From assembly GCA_036149055.1 (NCBI GenBank), contig JAYZQJ010000145.1:1-26023 (forward strand): a stretch of 26,023 nucleotides of DNA. The letters run 5' to 3'. Positions 1 through 7,335 of this stretch are shown one piece after another. The notes under the pieces were generated by a model. The model was not told the origin of the DNA. It searched no databases and was given only the letters and a program-made list of their open reading frames with translations. This DNA is from Myxococcota bacterium (GTDB lineage Bacteria > Myxococcota_A > Polyangia > Polyangiales > Sandaracinaceae). Each line of letters begins with the position of its first letter. Positions within the stretch are counted from its first letter, which is position 1. A program made the translations under genes and the position numbers.

Positions 1-265
1 GTCGCGCGCCTCCGGCGCGCGTGTCCCGCGCTCCGCGCGTGAGCCACGCGGCTCGCGCTCGCGCTTCGCGCGAGCTGGCCGCCCGCTGCCGCGGGATCGA
101 ACCTGTGGGATGGCACGTGCGGCGACCTCGCTGCGCTCGTCTGCCGTCGTCTCGGGTCAGTGTCGTGGAGGCGGGCGGGGGAGCCCCGGCACCATTGCTT
201 ACCACCTCTTGAGCTCGAGAGTCGGGGACGATCTTCCCCATCTCCCCACCGGCGCCGCCGTCGAC

Positions 266-1624
266 TCACCCGCGGCCGGGATCGGTGTCCGGGACGACGA
301 GGCCGGGGTGGGTGTCGGTGTCGCGGGGGCGCTCGGCGCGAGGCCGGGTCTTCTCGTCGGCCGCGCCGGGCGCGCGGGTCTCGTCGGTGTCGATGTCGGG
401 CGGCGCGAGCGTGTCGGGGCCCTCGCGGAGCAGCTCGAGCGCGCCGGTGCTGAGCTCGAAGAGGCCCGTGATCTCGTCGAAGCTCTCCTCCCACGCGTCC
501 GCGCCCTGCGAGCCGGGGGCCAGGCCCTCGTAGAGCCGCCGGACCGTCCGGCGGCGCGCGCCCGCGGTGAGCTCGTCGCGGACCCGGCGGTAGCCGCCGC
601 GGATCAGCCGCTCGCGCAGCACCGAGTCGCGCATCACCTCGAGCAGGGCGTCGGCGAGCGCGGTCGCGTTCCCGGGCGGGTGGAGCAGGCCCTCCACCTC
701 GTCTCGCACCAGCTCGGAGATGCCGGGCACGTCGGCGGCGACGACCGGCCGCGCACAGGAGAGCGGCTCGAGCAGGGGCTGGGGGAGCTCGACGAGCCCC
801 TCGATGGCCGCGCCGAGCGCGGGCACGACGCAGACGTCGGCGCCCCCGATCAGCTCGGGGATGCGCCGGGGGTGGGGCTCGCCGCGCACCGTGATCGTGT
901 CGGCGAGGCCGAGGTCGCGCACTTGCTCACGGAGCGCGTCTCGCCGCCCCCGATCGCGATCGCCCGCGATCATGACCCGGACCGGGCGGAGCGAGGTGAC
1001 CTTCTCGATCGCGAGCAGCAGGGTCTCGAGATCGCGGCCGGGACCGAAGCCGCCCAGATAGAGCAGCCGCGGGGTGCCGCGGGGGGTGGGCTCGACCCAG
1101 TCGAAGCGGCTCACGTCCACGCCGGGGCGCACGACGTCGATCTTGTCCGCGAGGCCCTGCTCTCCGAGCGCGGCCCCCATGGCCATCGTGGGCACCCAGA
1201 TCCGGTCGGCGGCGCTCAGGGTGGCGCGGTGGGCGCTGATCCAGCCCTCCGCGTCGGCGTGCTCCGGGAAGTCGGCGATCTCGTAGACGAGGCGCCGACC
1301 GGGGGCGCGGTGCTCCGCGGCGACCGCGCCCGCCCAGGGATCGAAGACGTGCACGACCTGGTAGGGCTCGGCCTCGAGCTGCCTCCGGACCGCCCGCGCG
1401 TAGGCGTCGCGCTGGGCCGAGAGGTCGGCGCTCCCCACGGGGACGCGGAACATGCGCGCGTCCCCCATGCGCTTGGTGTGGGCCAGATCCTCCGTCTTGA
1501 CCGTCACCAGATCGAGATCGGCGCGCAGCCCGTCGACCATCGACATCATCGAGGCGCCCTGCGGGCTCGCCCCGGGCACGGCGGCGAACGCCGAGGCGAG
1601 CACCCGGATCCGGCGACGGCTCAT
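266..1624 (-). CDS. Glycosyltransferase family 4 (GT-B) with acidic low-complexity C-terminal tail
   Basis: 452-aa ORF with GT4-type segments VVRPGVD, ADVCVVPA, LLEPLSCARPVVAADVPGISELV, EGLLHPPGNATALADAL. Confidence 0.85.
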   Translation of the reverse strand: MSRRRIRVLASAFAAVPGASPQGASMMSMVDGLRADLDLVTVKTEDLAHTKRMGDARMFRVPVGSADLSAQRDAYARAVRRQLEAEPYQVVHVFDPWAGAVAAEHRAPGRRLVYEIADFPEHADAEGWISAHRATLSAADRIWVPTMAMGAALGEQGLADKIDVVRPGVDVSRFDWVEPTPRGTPRLLYLGGFGPGRDLETLLLAIEKVTSLRPVRVMIAGDRDRGRRDALREQVRDLGLADTITVRGEPHPRRIPELIGGADVCVVPALGAAIEGLVELPQPLLEPLSCARPVVAADVPGISELVRDEVEGLLHPPGNATALADALLEVMRDSVLRERLIRGGYRRVRDELTAGARRRTVRRLYEGLAPGSQGADAWEESFDEITGLFELSTGALELLREGPDTLAPPDIDTDETRAPGAADEKTRPRAERPRDTDTHPGLVVPDTDPGRG

Positions 1625-1630
1625 GCCCCG

Positions 1631-1639
1631 AAGCTACCA
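1631..1639 (-). promoter_or_regulatory. Putative extended -10 promoter (TGgTAGCTT), probable leaderless transcript of the GT4 gene
   Basis: Minus strand reads TGG-TAGCTT-cggggc-ATG: a TAnnnT hexamer 6 nt before the ATG at 1624. Confidence 0.5.
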
Positions 1640-1679
1640 TCCCCGGCGGCCGGCGGGCACCGTGGCCCTGCGTTCCCCC

Positions 1680-1709
1680 TTGCGCCCGGAGCGGCCGGGG
1701 GTCTACAAC
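1680..1709 (+). promoter_or_regulatory. Putative sigma70-type promoter for the 1742 gene
   Basis: TTGCGC (1680-1685), 18-nt spacer, TACAAC (1704-1709); GGAGGA ribosome-binding site at 1731-1736. Confidence 0.4.
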
Positions 1710-1741
1710 CTCACATCGTCAACCGGAAACGGAGGATCTGC

Positions 1742-1996
1742 GTGAAAGAGCTCGCTCGTTTTCTTCTTCAGAACGCTCAGATCGATTTCTCGGGCGAGGT
1801 GACCATCGAGCAGGTCCGGCAGTTTCTTCGCGACGATGACAGCCGCGAGGCGCGTGCGCTCCTCGCCCGGCTGATCGAGGACAAGGGCATCGACGATCTG
1901 CTCATCACCGTCGCGGACTGCCTCAAGGAGCACATCCCCACTGGGATCACCGAGGACACCATTCGTCACCAGCTCGGCCTCTACACCGAGAGTTGA
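1742..1996 (+). CDS. Small helical hypothetical protein, 84 aa (MKELARFLLQNAQIDFSGEV...LGLYTES)
   Basis: GGAGGA 5 nt before GTG at 1742; normal amino-acid composition; it is the real 3' part of track ORF 110..1996; stop overlaps next start (TTGA). Confidence 0.8.
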   Translation: MKELARFLLQNAQIDFSGEVTIEQVRQFLRDDDSREARALLARLIEDKGIDDLLITVADCLKEHIPTGITEDTIRHQLGLYTES

Positions 1997-2799
1997 ACGT
2001 GCGGCGTGGCTTGCCGGCGGCGTTCGGAGCTCTGCTCTGCTGCGCCGCCTGCGACGTCCCGCCGGACCGAGCGCCCGAGAGCGGCCCCGTCGTGCTCGGC
2101 GCCGATCCCGCCGATGGCGAGGTCGGCGTCGACCGAGCGGGGCCGTTTCGCGTCTTCTTCGACCGCCCGCTGTTCCCCAACGACGTGCATCGCGGGCGCG
2201 TCTCGCTCCAGAGCGGATCGCGCGGCGTGTTCCTCGCGCCGAGCTTCGACCCGGTCGAGCGGCTCCTCGTCGTCGCCCCGCAGGCGACGCTCGATCCCGC
2301 CGCCGTGTACCGCCTCGAGCTCGAGGGGCTGCGCGATCTCGGCGGCCGGCCGATGGACGACCTGGTGATCACCTTCGAGACCGGCGAGGACGCCTCCGAA
2401 CCGCCGGTCGAGGCTCCGGTCGCGTGGGCCGACGTCGCGCCGATCTTCGCGGGCTGCGCGGAGAGCGGCTGTCACGACGCCGAGGCGCCGGCCCTCGGGC
2501 TCGATCTCTCCAGCGCCGACGCGGTCGCCCGGACCGCGATCGGGGTGCCCGCCACCCAGGTCGCGATCGGCGCCCGGGAGGATCGGGTCTGGTACGGCGC
2601 CGCGAGCCTCGACGGGCTGGCGCGGATCGACGTGGTGGCCGGGAGAGGGCGGCCGGCCCGGAGCTACCTGATCTACAAGGTGCTCGGGGATCCCCACGTG
2701 GCCGGCGAGCGCATGCCCCCCGCGCCGGCGGCCGCGCTCCCGCCGGCCGACCTGCGGCGCCTGGCGAACTGGATTCTGAGCGGCGCGCCAACCGGTTGA
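1993..2799 (+). CDS. Lipoprotein with Ig-like (Big_5-type) domain and C-terminal cytochrome-c-like domain (CX4CH)
   Basis: Signal peptide ending in Cys (LLCCAAC). Big_5-like ADPADGEVGV...VFFDRPL...YRLELEGLRDLGGRPM...FETG. C-terminal DVAPIFAGCAESGCH...SYLIYKV...RMPP...LANWILSGAP resembles the planctomycete cytochrome c (PSCyt1) pattern. Start could be 1993 (TTG) or 1999 (GTG). Confidence 0.7.
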   Translation: MNVRRGLPAAFGALLCCAACDVPPDRAPESGPVVLGADPADGEVGVDRAGPFRVFFDRPLFPNDVHRGRVSLQSGSRGVFLAPSFDPVERLLVVAPQATLDPAAVYRLELEGLRDLGGRPMDDLVITFETGEDASEPPVEAPVAWADVAPIFAGCAESGCHDAEAPALGLDLSSADAVARTAIGVPATQVAIGAREDRVWYGAASLDGLARIDVVAGRGRPARSYLIYKVLGDPHVAGERMPPAPAAALPPADLRRLANWILSGAPTG

Positions 2800-2830
2800 T
2801 ATGAGTAGGGAATTGCCCGCTCGCGTCGGC

Positions 2831-2859
2831 TTGACGGGGGAGGGCCCGGCCCCTAGAGT
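2831..2859 (+). promoter_or_regulatory. Sigma70-type promoter upstream of DsbA-family gene
   Basis: TTGACG (2831-2836), 17-nt spacer, TAGAGT (2854-2859); ATG 10 nt downstream at 2870. Confidence 0.6.
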
Positions 2860-2869
2860 GCGCGAGCCC

Positions 2870-3772
2870 ATGACCGTCTCGCCCCGTCTTCGGTTGCTCT
2901 CCCTCTCGCTATTGGGCCTGATGTCGCTCGGCGCGAGCTGCAGCGGTGGCAGCTCCACCGACACCGGCGGTGGCAGCGAGAGCCAGGGTCAGGAGCGGCC
3001 CGCCGAGGGCCCGCGCGTCGACAGCCTCGAGCAGGTCGACACCTCCGAGCTGAGCCGCGCCGAGCAGCGGGTGTGGGTCGAGCTGATCAACGATCAGCTG
3101 TCCCCCTGCGGCGAGCCGGTCAGCGTCGGGCGCTGCGTCTCCGAGGGGCGCAGCTGCCGCACCTGCGTGCCGGCGTCGCGCTACCTCGCGCGCCTCATCC
3201 GCGAGGGCTACGAGCGGCAGGAGATCGAGGAGCTCTACGACCTCCGGTACGGCCGCGACGGCGCGGTGGAGATCGACGTGGAGGAGGAGCCGAGCCGCGG
3301 CTCCCCCATGGCCGAGATCACGATCGTCGAGTTCAGCGACTTCGAGTGCCCGTACTGCGGCCGCGCCCACCCGGTGCTGCAGCAGGTCCTCCGCGACTTC
3401 GAGGGCCGGGTCCGCCTGGTGTTCAAGCACTTCCCGCTCTCGAGCCACCCGCACGCGATGCCGGCGGCCCGCGCCGCGGTGGCGGCCGGGAACCAGGGCA
3501 AGTTCTGGGAGATGCACGACCTGCTCTTCGAGCACCAGCGCCAGCTCGAGGAGGAGGACCTCGAGCGCTACGCCGAGCAGCTCGAGCTCGACATGGACCG
3601 CTTCCGCGACGACATGCAGGCGGCGGCGACCCAGCAGCAGATCGAGGCCGACAAGGAAGAGGGCCAGCGCCTGGGCGTGGACGGCACGCCGAGCTTCTTC
3701 GTCGACGGGCGCCGCTTCCGCGAGCCGCCCACGGCGCTGCCGGACTACCTGCGCGAGGCGCTCGACGAGTAG
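2870..3772 (+). CDS. DsbA-family (thioredoxin-fold) lipoprotein with extra 4-Cys N-terminal domain
   Basis: IVEFSDFECPYC active site, FKHFPL, QGKFWEMHDLLF, cis-Pro loop GTPSFFVDG; lipobox LGASC. Start moved from 2801 to ATG 2870 because of the signal peptide and promoter. Confidence 0.9.
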   Translation: MTVSPRLRLLSLSLLGLMSLGASCSGGSSTDTGGGSESQGQERPAEGPRVDSLEQVDTSELSRAEQRVWVELINDQLSPCGEPVSVGRCVSEGRSCRTCVPASRYLARLIREGYERQEIEELYDLRYGRDGAVEIDVEEEPSRGSPMAEITIVEFSDFECPYCGRAHPVLQQVLRDFEGRVRLVFKHFPLSSHPHAMPAARAAVAAGNQGKFWEMHDLLFEHQRQLEEEDLERYAEQLELDMDRFRDDMQAAATQQQIEADKEEGQRLGVDGTPSFFVDGRRFREPPTALPDYLREALDE

Positions 3773-3775
3773 AGT

Positions 3776-3784
3776 TGGTATGCT
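3776..3784 (+). promoter_or_regulatory. Putative extended -10 element (TGgTATGCT) upstream of TlpA-family gene
   Basis: TG-n-TATGCT just after the DsbA stop; no convincing -35. Confidence 0.35.
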
Positions 3785-3833
3785 CTCGGCCCGCCGGTGA
3801 ATGTCCGCCGGCGCCCCCCGTCCGAGAGAGGCC

Positions 3834-4346
3834 ATGCGTCGATTGTCCCTGCGTCACCTCCCGTCCCTCCTCGCCGCCAGCGCGGTGCTCCTGATCGCCG
3901 CGAGCGCCTTCGCCCTCCGCGCCGGTGAGCGCGCGCCCGAGATCGGCCTGACCGATCTGAACGGCAACCGCGTCACCATGGCCGGCCTCCGCGGCAAGGT
4001 GGTGCTGGTCGACTTCTGGGCGTCCTGGTGCGAGCCGTGCGCCGAGGAGATGCCGGTGCTCGAGCGCCTCTACACGACCTACCGGAGCCAGGGCTTCGAG
4101 ATCGTCGGCGTCTCCCAGGACCGCACGGAGGGCAACCTCCGCGGCTTCCTCCGCCAGCACCGGGTGAGCTTCCCGATCGTGCACGACTCCGCGCACGCGG
4201 TCGCCGGCCGCTACCGCCCGCCGCGCATGCCCTCGAGCTTCATCGTCGACCGCAGCGGCGTGGTCCGCCACGTCCACGAGGGCTACCGCGCCGGCGACGG
4301 CCGTCAGATGGAGCAGGAGATCCGCGCGCTCCTCCAGCAGCGCTGA
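3834..4346 (+). CDS. TlpA/ResA-family thiol-disulfide reductase (exported)
   Basis: LRGKVVLVDFWASWCEPC, signal peptide, MPSSFIVDRSG; GAGAGG ribosome-binding site before ATG 3834. Confidence 0.92.
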   Translation: MRRLSLRHLPSLLAASAVLLIAASAFALRAGERAPEIGLTDLNGNRVTMAGLRGKVVLVDFWASWCEPCAEEMPVLERLYTTYRSQGFEIVGVSQDRTEGNLRGFLRQHRVSFPIVHDSAHAVAGRYRPPRMPSSFIVDRSGVVRHVHEGYRAGDGRQMEQEIRALLQQR

Positions 4347-4372
4347 CCCCGCCGTTCATCGCCGGCTCGTTC

Positions 4373-4574
4373 TCTCGTCGGCTGCGAATTGGCTCTCGCC
4401 AAGGCGCGAAGCCGCCGAGGGGCTGGGTGGCGGCGGGATGGTGGCTGGCCGCCGGGTTCCGGGTCGCTCCATCCGGATTGTGGGGGTCTCGTCGGGCTCC
4501 GAATTGGCTCTCGCAAAGACGCAAAGACGCAAAGGGGCTGGGTGGCAGCGGGGTGGTGGCTGGCCAGCGGGTTC
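4373..4574. repeat. Two imperfect ~87-bp direct repeats (4373-4459, 4487-4574)
   Basis: Both read TCTCGTCGG...CGAATTGGCTCTCGC-[three 8-mers]-GGGCTGGGTGGCrGCGGG.TGGTGGCTGGCC..CGGGTTC; copy 2 core is GCAAAGACGCAAAGACGCAAAG. Confidence 0.85.
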
Positions 4575-4753
4575 ACGATCGTCGGCAGTCTCGGACTCTG
4601 ACTGGGGCTCGCAGGCGGTCCTGGAGCCGGACTGGCTGGGGGGCTGATTCTGGCTCGGGGTCGGACTCGGAGTCGGTCTCGGAGTCGGCCTAGGATCCGG
4701 TCTTGGTCTCGGCCGCCGCCTTCGCGATCGGACCTGGTGTCGGGATCGGACCT

Positions 4754-4933
4754 GGTCTCGGAGTCGGACTCGGAGTCGGTCTCGGACTCGGAGTCGGTCT
4801 CGGACTCGGCGTCGGACTCGGCGTCGGTCTCGGAGTCGGTCTCGGAGTCGGTCTCGGAGTCGGTCTCGGTCTCGGAGTCGGACTCGGACTCGGCGTCGGT
4901 CTCGGACTCGGAGTCGGTCTCGGACTCGGCGTC
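4754..4933. repeat. Hexamer tandem array GGNNTC x30 (GGTCTC/GGAGTC/GGACTC/GGCGTC), with degenerate flanking units from ~4652
   Basis: Directly visible 6-bp periodicity over 180 bp, intergenic between convergent genes. Confidence 0.9.
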
Positions 4934-5064
4934 GGGCGCGGAGACTGGGGTGGGCGCGGTGTCGGTGGTCCGGGGGGCGGGACCGAGGCGGGGGCTACCG
5001 GCGATCTCGGCGGGCGACGCGGGACGCTCGTTCTGGTGGGGAGCTCGGGTGCCCGGGAGGGCAG

Positions 5065-7170
5065 TCAGGCGCGGCGTTCGTCGCTGCGCATGCGGGCGGA
5101 GTAGAGGAACTCGGCTAGCTTCTCGCCGACGTACGCCATCAGGTTGGCGTCGGCGCGGCTGTACTGCGCCTGATCTCGTCGGTTGATGAGCTGGAGCATG
5201 CCGAGGAGGCGGCCCTGGTGGCTCACGGGGACGAGGGCCATCGTGACCGGCTCGAGGCCGATGCGGCCGTCGACGCCGGGGTCGAAGCGCGCGTCGTTCG
5301 GCACGTCCTCGGTGAGCAGCACTCCTTCGCTGCGGGTCGCCGCCGCGCCCATGAGGCCGGAGAGGCGAGGGACGCCTTCGCCCTGGCGCTCCTCGGCGCC
5401 GGGGCCGCGCAGGGCCACGAAGCGGAGCTCGTCGCTGTTGATGTCGTACAGGCAAGCCGAGCTCGCCTCCGACGGGACCAGGTCGCCGAGCAGCTCGAGC
5501 ACGAAGTCGAGGCCCTCGACCGGCGTGGTCAGGAAGAAGAGGTCCTGCAGCGCCTCGAACGCGGTGGCGAGCCGGTCGTCGCTCGTCGGTTGGGACACCG
5601 GAGCGGGCGGCTGGGACACCGGAGCGGGCGGCTGCGATACCGCGGCCGGAGGCTGCGATACCGCGGCCGGGGGCTGCGAAACCGGCGCGGCGGCCGCCGG
5701 GGGCTGTGAGACCGGCGCGGCGGCGGGAGGCTGCGAGATCGGCGCCGGGGCGGCCTGAGGCGCGGCCGGCTGCGGCGCGGGGGCGGCCTGCGGCGGGGCG
5801 GACTGCGGTTGGGCGGCCTGCGGTTGGGCGGCCTGCGGCGGGGTGGACTGCGGTTGGGCGGCCTGCGGCGGGGCGGCCTGCGGCGGAGCCGAAGGCGTCG
5901 CGGCGGCGGGCTGCGGCTCGGGGGCCGGCTCCGGCGCGGGGGGCTCCGACATGGGAGCGGTCGTCGCGGCGGCGGCGGCGGCCGCGGCGCCGAGGCTCTT
6001 CACGATCGGGTCGCCGCGCCAGTCCTTCCACTGCAGGGTGATCAGGGGAGGGCGCTGCGGGCGGTCGTCCCAGCGGTGATCGAACACCGCCATGTTCACG
6101 AGCTTGCCCTTGGGCCGGTCGGCGAGCGACTCCTTCAGCTCGTCGAAGCGGGCCATCAGGATCGCCTCCGCGATGGCGCCGTGGGTGCCCTGGGGGACCA
6201 CGAAGGTCCGCTCGCGGTAGCAGAGCGGCGTCTCCTTCGTCGGCTCCTCGTCGCGCTCGTGCAGCAGCTCCCACCCGCGATCTTCGGGCGGCTCCGGCGC
6301 GGCGAGCCCGAGCTCGCGCGCGTCGTACGCGATGGTCTTCTTGGCCGGCTTCTTCTTCGGCGCCTCCGGCTCGGGCTGGGCCGGGGGCGGCGCGAGTCCG
6401 AGCTCTCGTGCGTCGTAGGCGATGGTCTTCTTGGGCGCGGGCTTCTTCTTCGGCGCCTCCGGCTCGGCCTGGCTGGCGGCCTGGTTGGCGACCGCGAGTC
6501 CGAGCTCTCGCGCGTCGTAGGCGATGGTCTTCTTGGGCTCGGGCTTCTTCTTCGGCGCCTCCGGTGCGGGCTGGGCCGGGGGCGGCGCGAGCCCGAGCTC
6601 CTTGGCGTCGTAGGCGATGGTCTTCTTGGACGGCGCCTTCTCCGTCTCGGGCTGGGCGGGGGGCGGCGCGAGCCCGAGCTCTTTGGCGTCGTAGGCGATG
6701 GTCTTCTTGGACGGCGCCTTCTCCGTCTCGGGCTGGGCCGAGGGCGGCGCGAGCCCGAGCTCCTTGGCGTCGTAGGCGATCGTCCGCTTGGCGGGGGACG
6801 ACTTGGCCGGCGGCGGATCGCTCGGCTTCGGCACGCTGACCCGGCCCTCGGCGTTCGGCGGCGGCACCGAGCTCGGGCGGGGCACGGTCTCGGCCGGGAC
6901 CCGCGGTCCACGCGGCTGGACCGGGGCGAGCGACTCCTCGACGTAGGGCGCGAGCACGTAGGTCTTCCGCGCCACCGCGTCCTGGATCGTGACCTTGCCG
7001 TCGGGCGCCACCGAGCAGCTCGCGCCGGGCGGCACGCCACCCTTCTCCCCGATCTCCTTCCGGGAGAGGGTGAGGGCGGTCATCCAGTTACTGGCCTCGA
7101 CGCGCGCCTCCGAGAGCGGCGTCGAATTGCCGATCTGGGTGACCACGAGTCTCCAGCTCTTGGAAGCCAA
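5065..7170 (-). CDS. GAF-domain protein with N-terminal small domain, six KKTIAYDA(K/R)ELGL repeats, a central globular domain and a Pro/Ala/Gln linker
   Basis: 701 aa; C-terminal GAF (LYDINSDELRFVALRG...GLMG...DVPNDARFDPGVD...MALVPVSHQGRLLGMLQLINR...YSRADANLM); AAGGGA upstream of the TTG start. Confidence 0.85.
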   Translation of the reverse strand: MASKSWRLVVTQIGNSTPLSEARVEASNWMTALTLSRKEIGEKGGVPPGASCSVAPDGKVTIQDAVARKTYVLAPYVEESLAPVQPRGPRVPAETVPRPSSVPPPNAEGRVSVPKPSDPPPAKSSPAKRTIAYDAKELGLAPPSAQPETEKAPSKKTIAYDAKELGLAPPPAQPETEKAPSKKTIAYDAKELGLAPPPAQPAPEAPKKKPEPKKTIAYDARELGLAVANQAASQAEPEAPKKKPAPKKTIAYDARELGLAPPPAQPEPEAPKKKPAKKTIAYDARELGLAAPEPPEDRGWELLHERDEEPTKETPLCYRERTFVVPQGTHGAIAEAILMARFDELKESLADRPKGKLVNMAVFDHRWDDRPQRPPLITLQWKDWRGDPIVKSLGAAAAAAAATTAPMSEPPAPEPAPEPQPAAATPSAPPQAAPPQAAQPQSTPPQAAQPQAAQPQSAPPQAAPAPQPAAPQAAPAPISQPPAAAPVSQPPAAAAPVSQPPAAVSQPPAAVSQPPAPVSQPPAPVSQPTSDDRLATAFEALQDLFFLTTPVEGLDFVLELLGDLVPSEASSACLYDINSDELRFVALRGPGAEERQGEGVPRLSGLMGAAATRSEGVLLTEDVPNDARFDPGVDGRIGLEPVTMALVPVSHQGRLLGMLQLINRRDQAQYSRADANLMAYVGEKLAEFLYSARMRSDERRA
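5587..5890 (-). repeat. Intragenic low-complexity repeats (VSQPPA and PQAAQPQ units)
   Basis: Repeated GGCTGCGA/GGCTGGGA and GGCGGCCTGCGG units encoding the Pro/Ala/Gln linker. Confidence 0.8.
6301..6790 (-). repeat. Intragenic repeat, 6 copies of K(K/R)TIAYDA(K/R)ELGLA, spacing 27-34 codons
   Basis: Six copies in the translation; the first three have an 81-bp period and near-identical DNA. Confidence 0.95.
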
Positions 7171-7295
7171 CGTCCCTTCTCTTTGCCATGCGGCGGGGTG
7201 GGGCCGCTCGGCCCGTGGATGAAGCCACTTTCGCCCAGTCGGGTCAAGCCGCGCCCTCCAGCTGGACGCTTACAGGCCGCTGACCCCCCGCGGCG

Positions 7296-7324
7296 TTGCG
7301 CGTGAGCGATCCCACGACTAACGT
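7296..7324 (+). promoter_or_regulatory. Sigma70-type promoter for regulator-pdxA-uvrA run
   Basis: TTGCGC (7296-7301), 17-nt spacer, TAACGT (7319-7324); ATG at 7336 with no Shine-Dalgarno. Confidence 0.55.
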
Positions 7325-7335
7325 CGCGGCGCGTC

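Noticed and set aside
93..103. tRNA T-loop-like GGTTCGATCCC on the minus strand
   Set aside because: Flanks do not form a 5-bp T-stem, acceptor stem or anticodon arm.
1..116. Possible minus-strand gene start (GAGGT, then GTG at 116, MPSHRFDP...) running off the window
   Set aside because: Only 38 codons with no recognisable motif; cannot be supported.
110..1741. N-terminal part of the 628-aa + strand ORF
   Set aside because: Antisense shadow of the GT4 gene; only 1742-1996 has a ribosome-binding site and protein-like composition.
4373..4574. CRISPR array
   Set aside because: Only two long imperfect repeats, and no cas genes in the window.
4304..6274. 656-aa minus-strand ORF with Ser-Asp-Glu-Thr repeats resembling an SD-repeat adhesin
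   Set aside because: Alternate frame of the GAF gene running into the hexamer array; Arg/Ala/Pro-rich, no signal peptide, no credible start.
7219..7247. Minus-strand promoter for the GAF gene (TTGACC-17-CTTCAT)
   Set aside because: Good -35, but the -10 lacks the TA; too weak to call.
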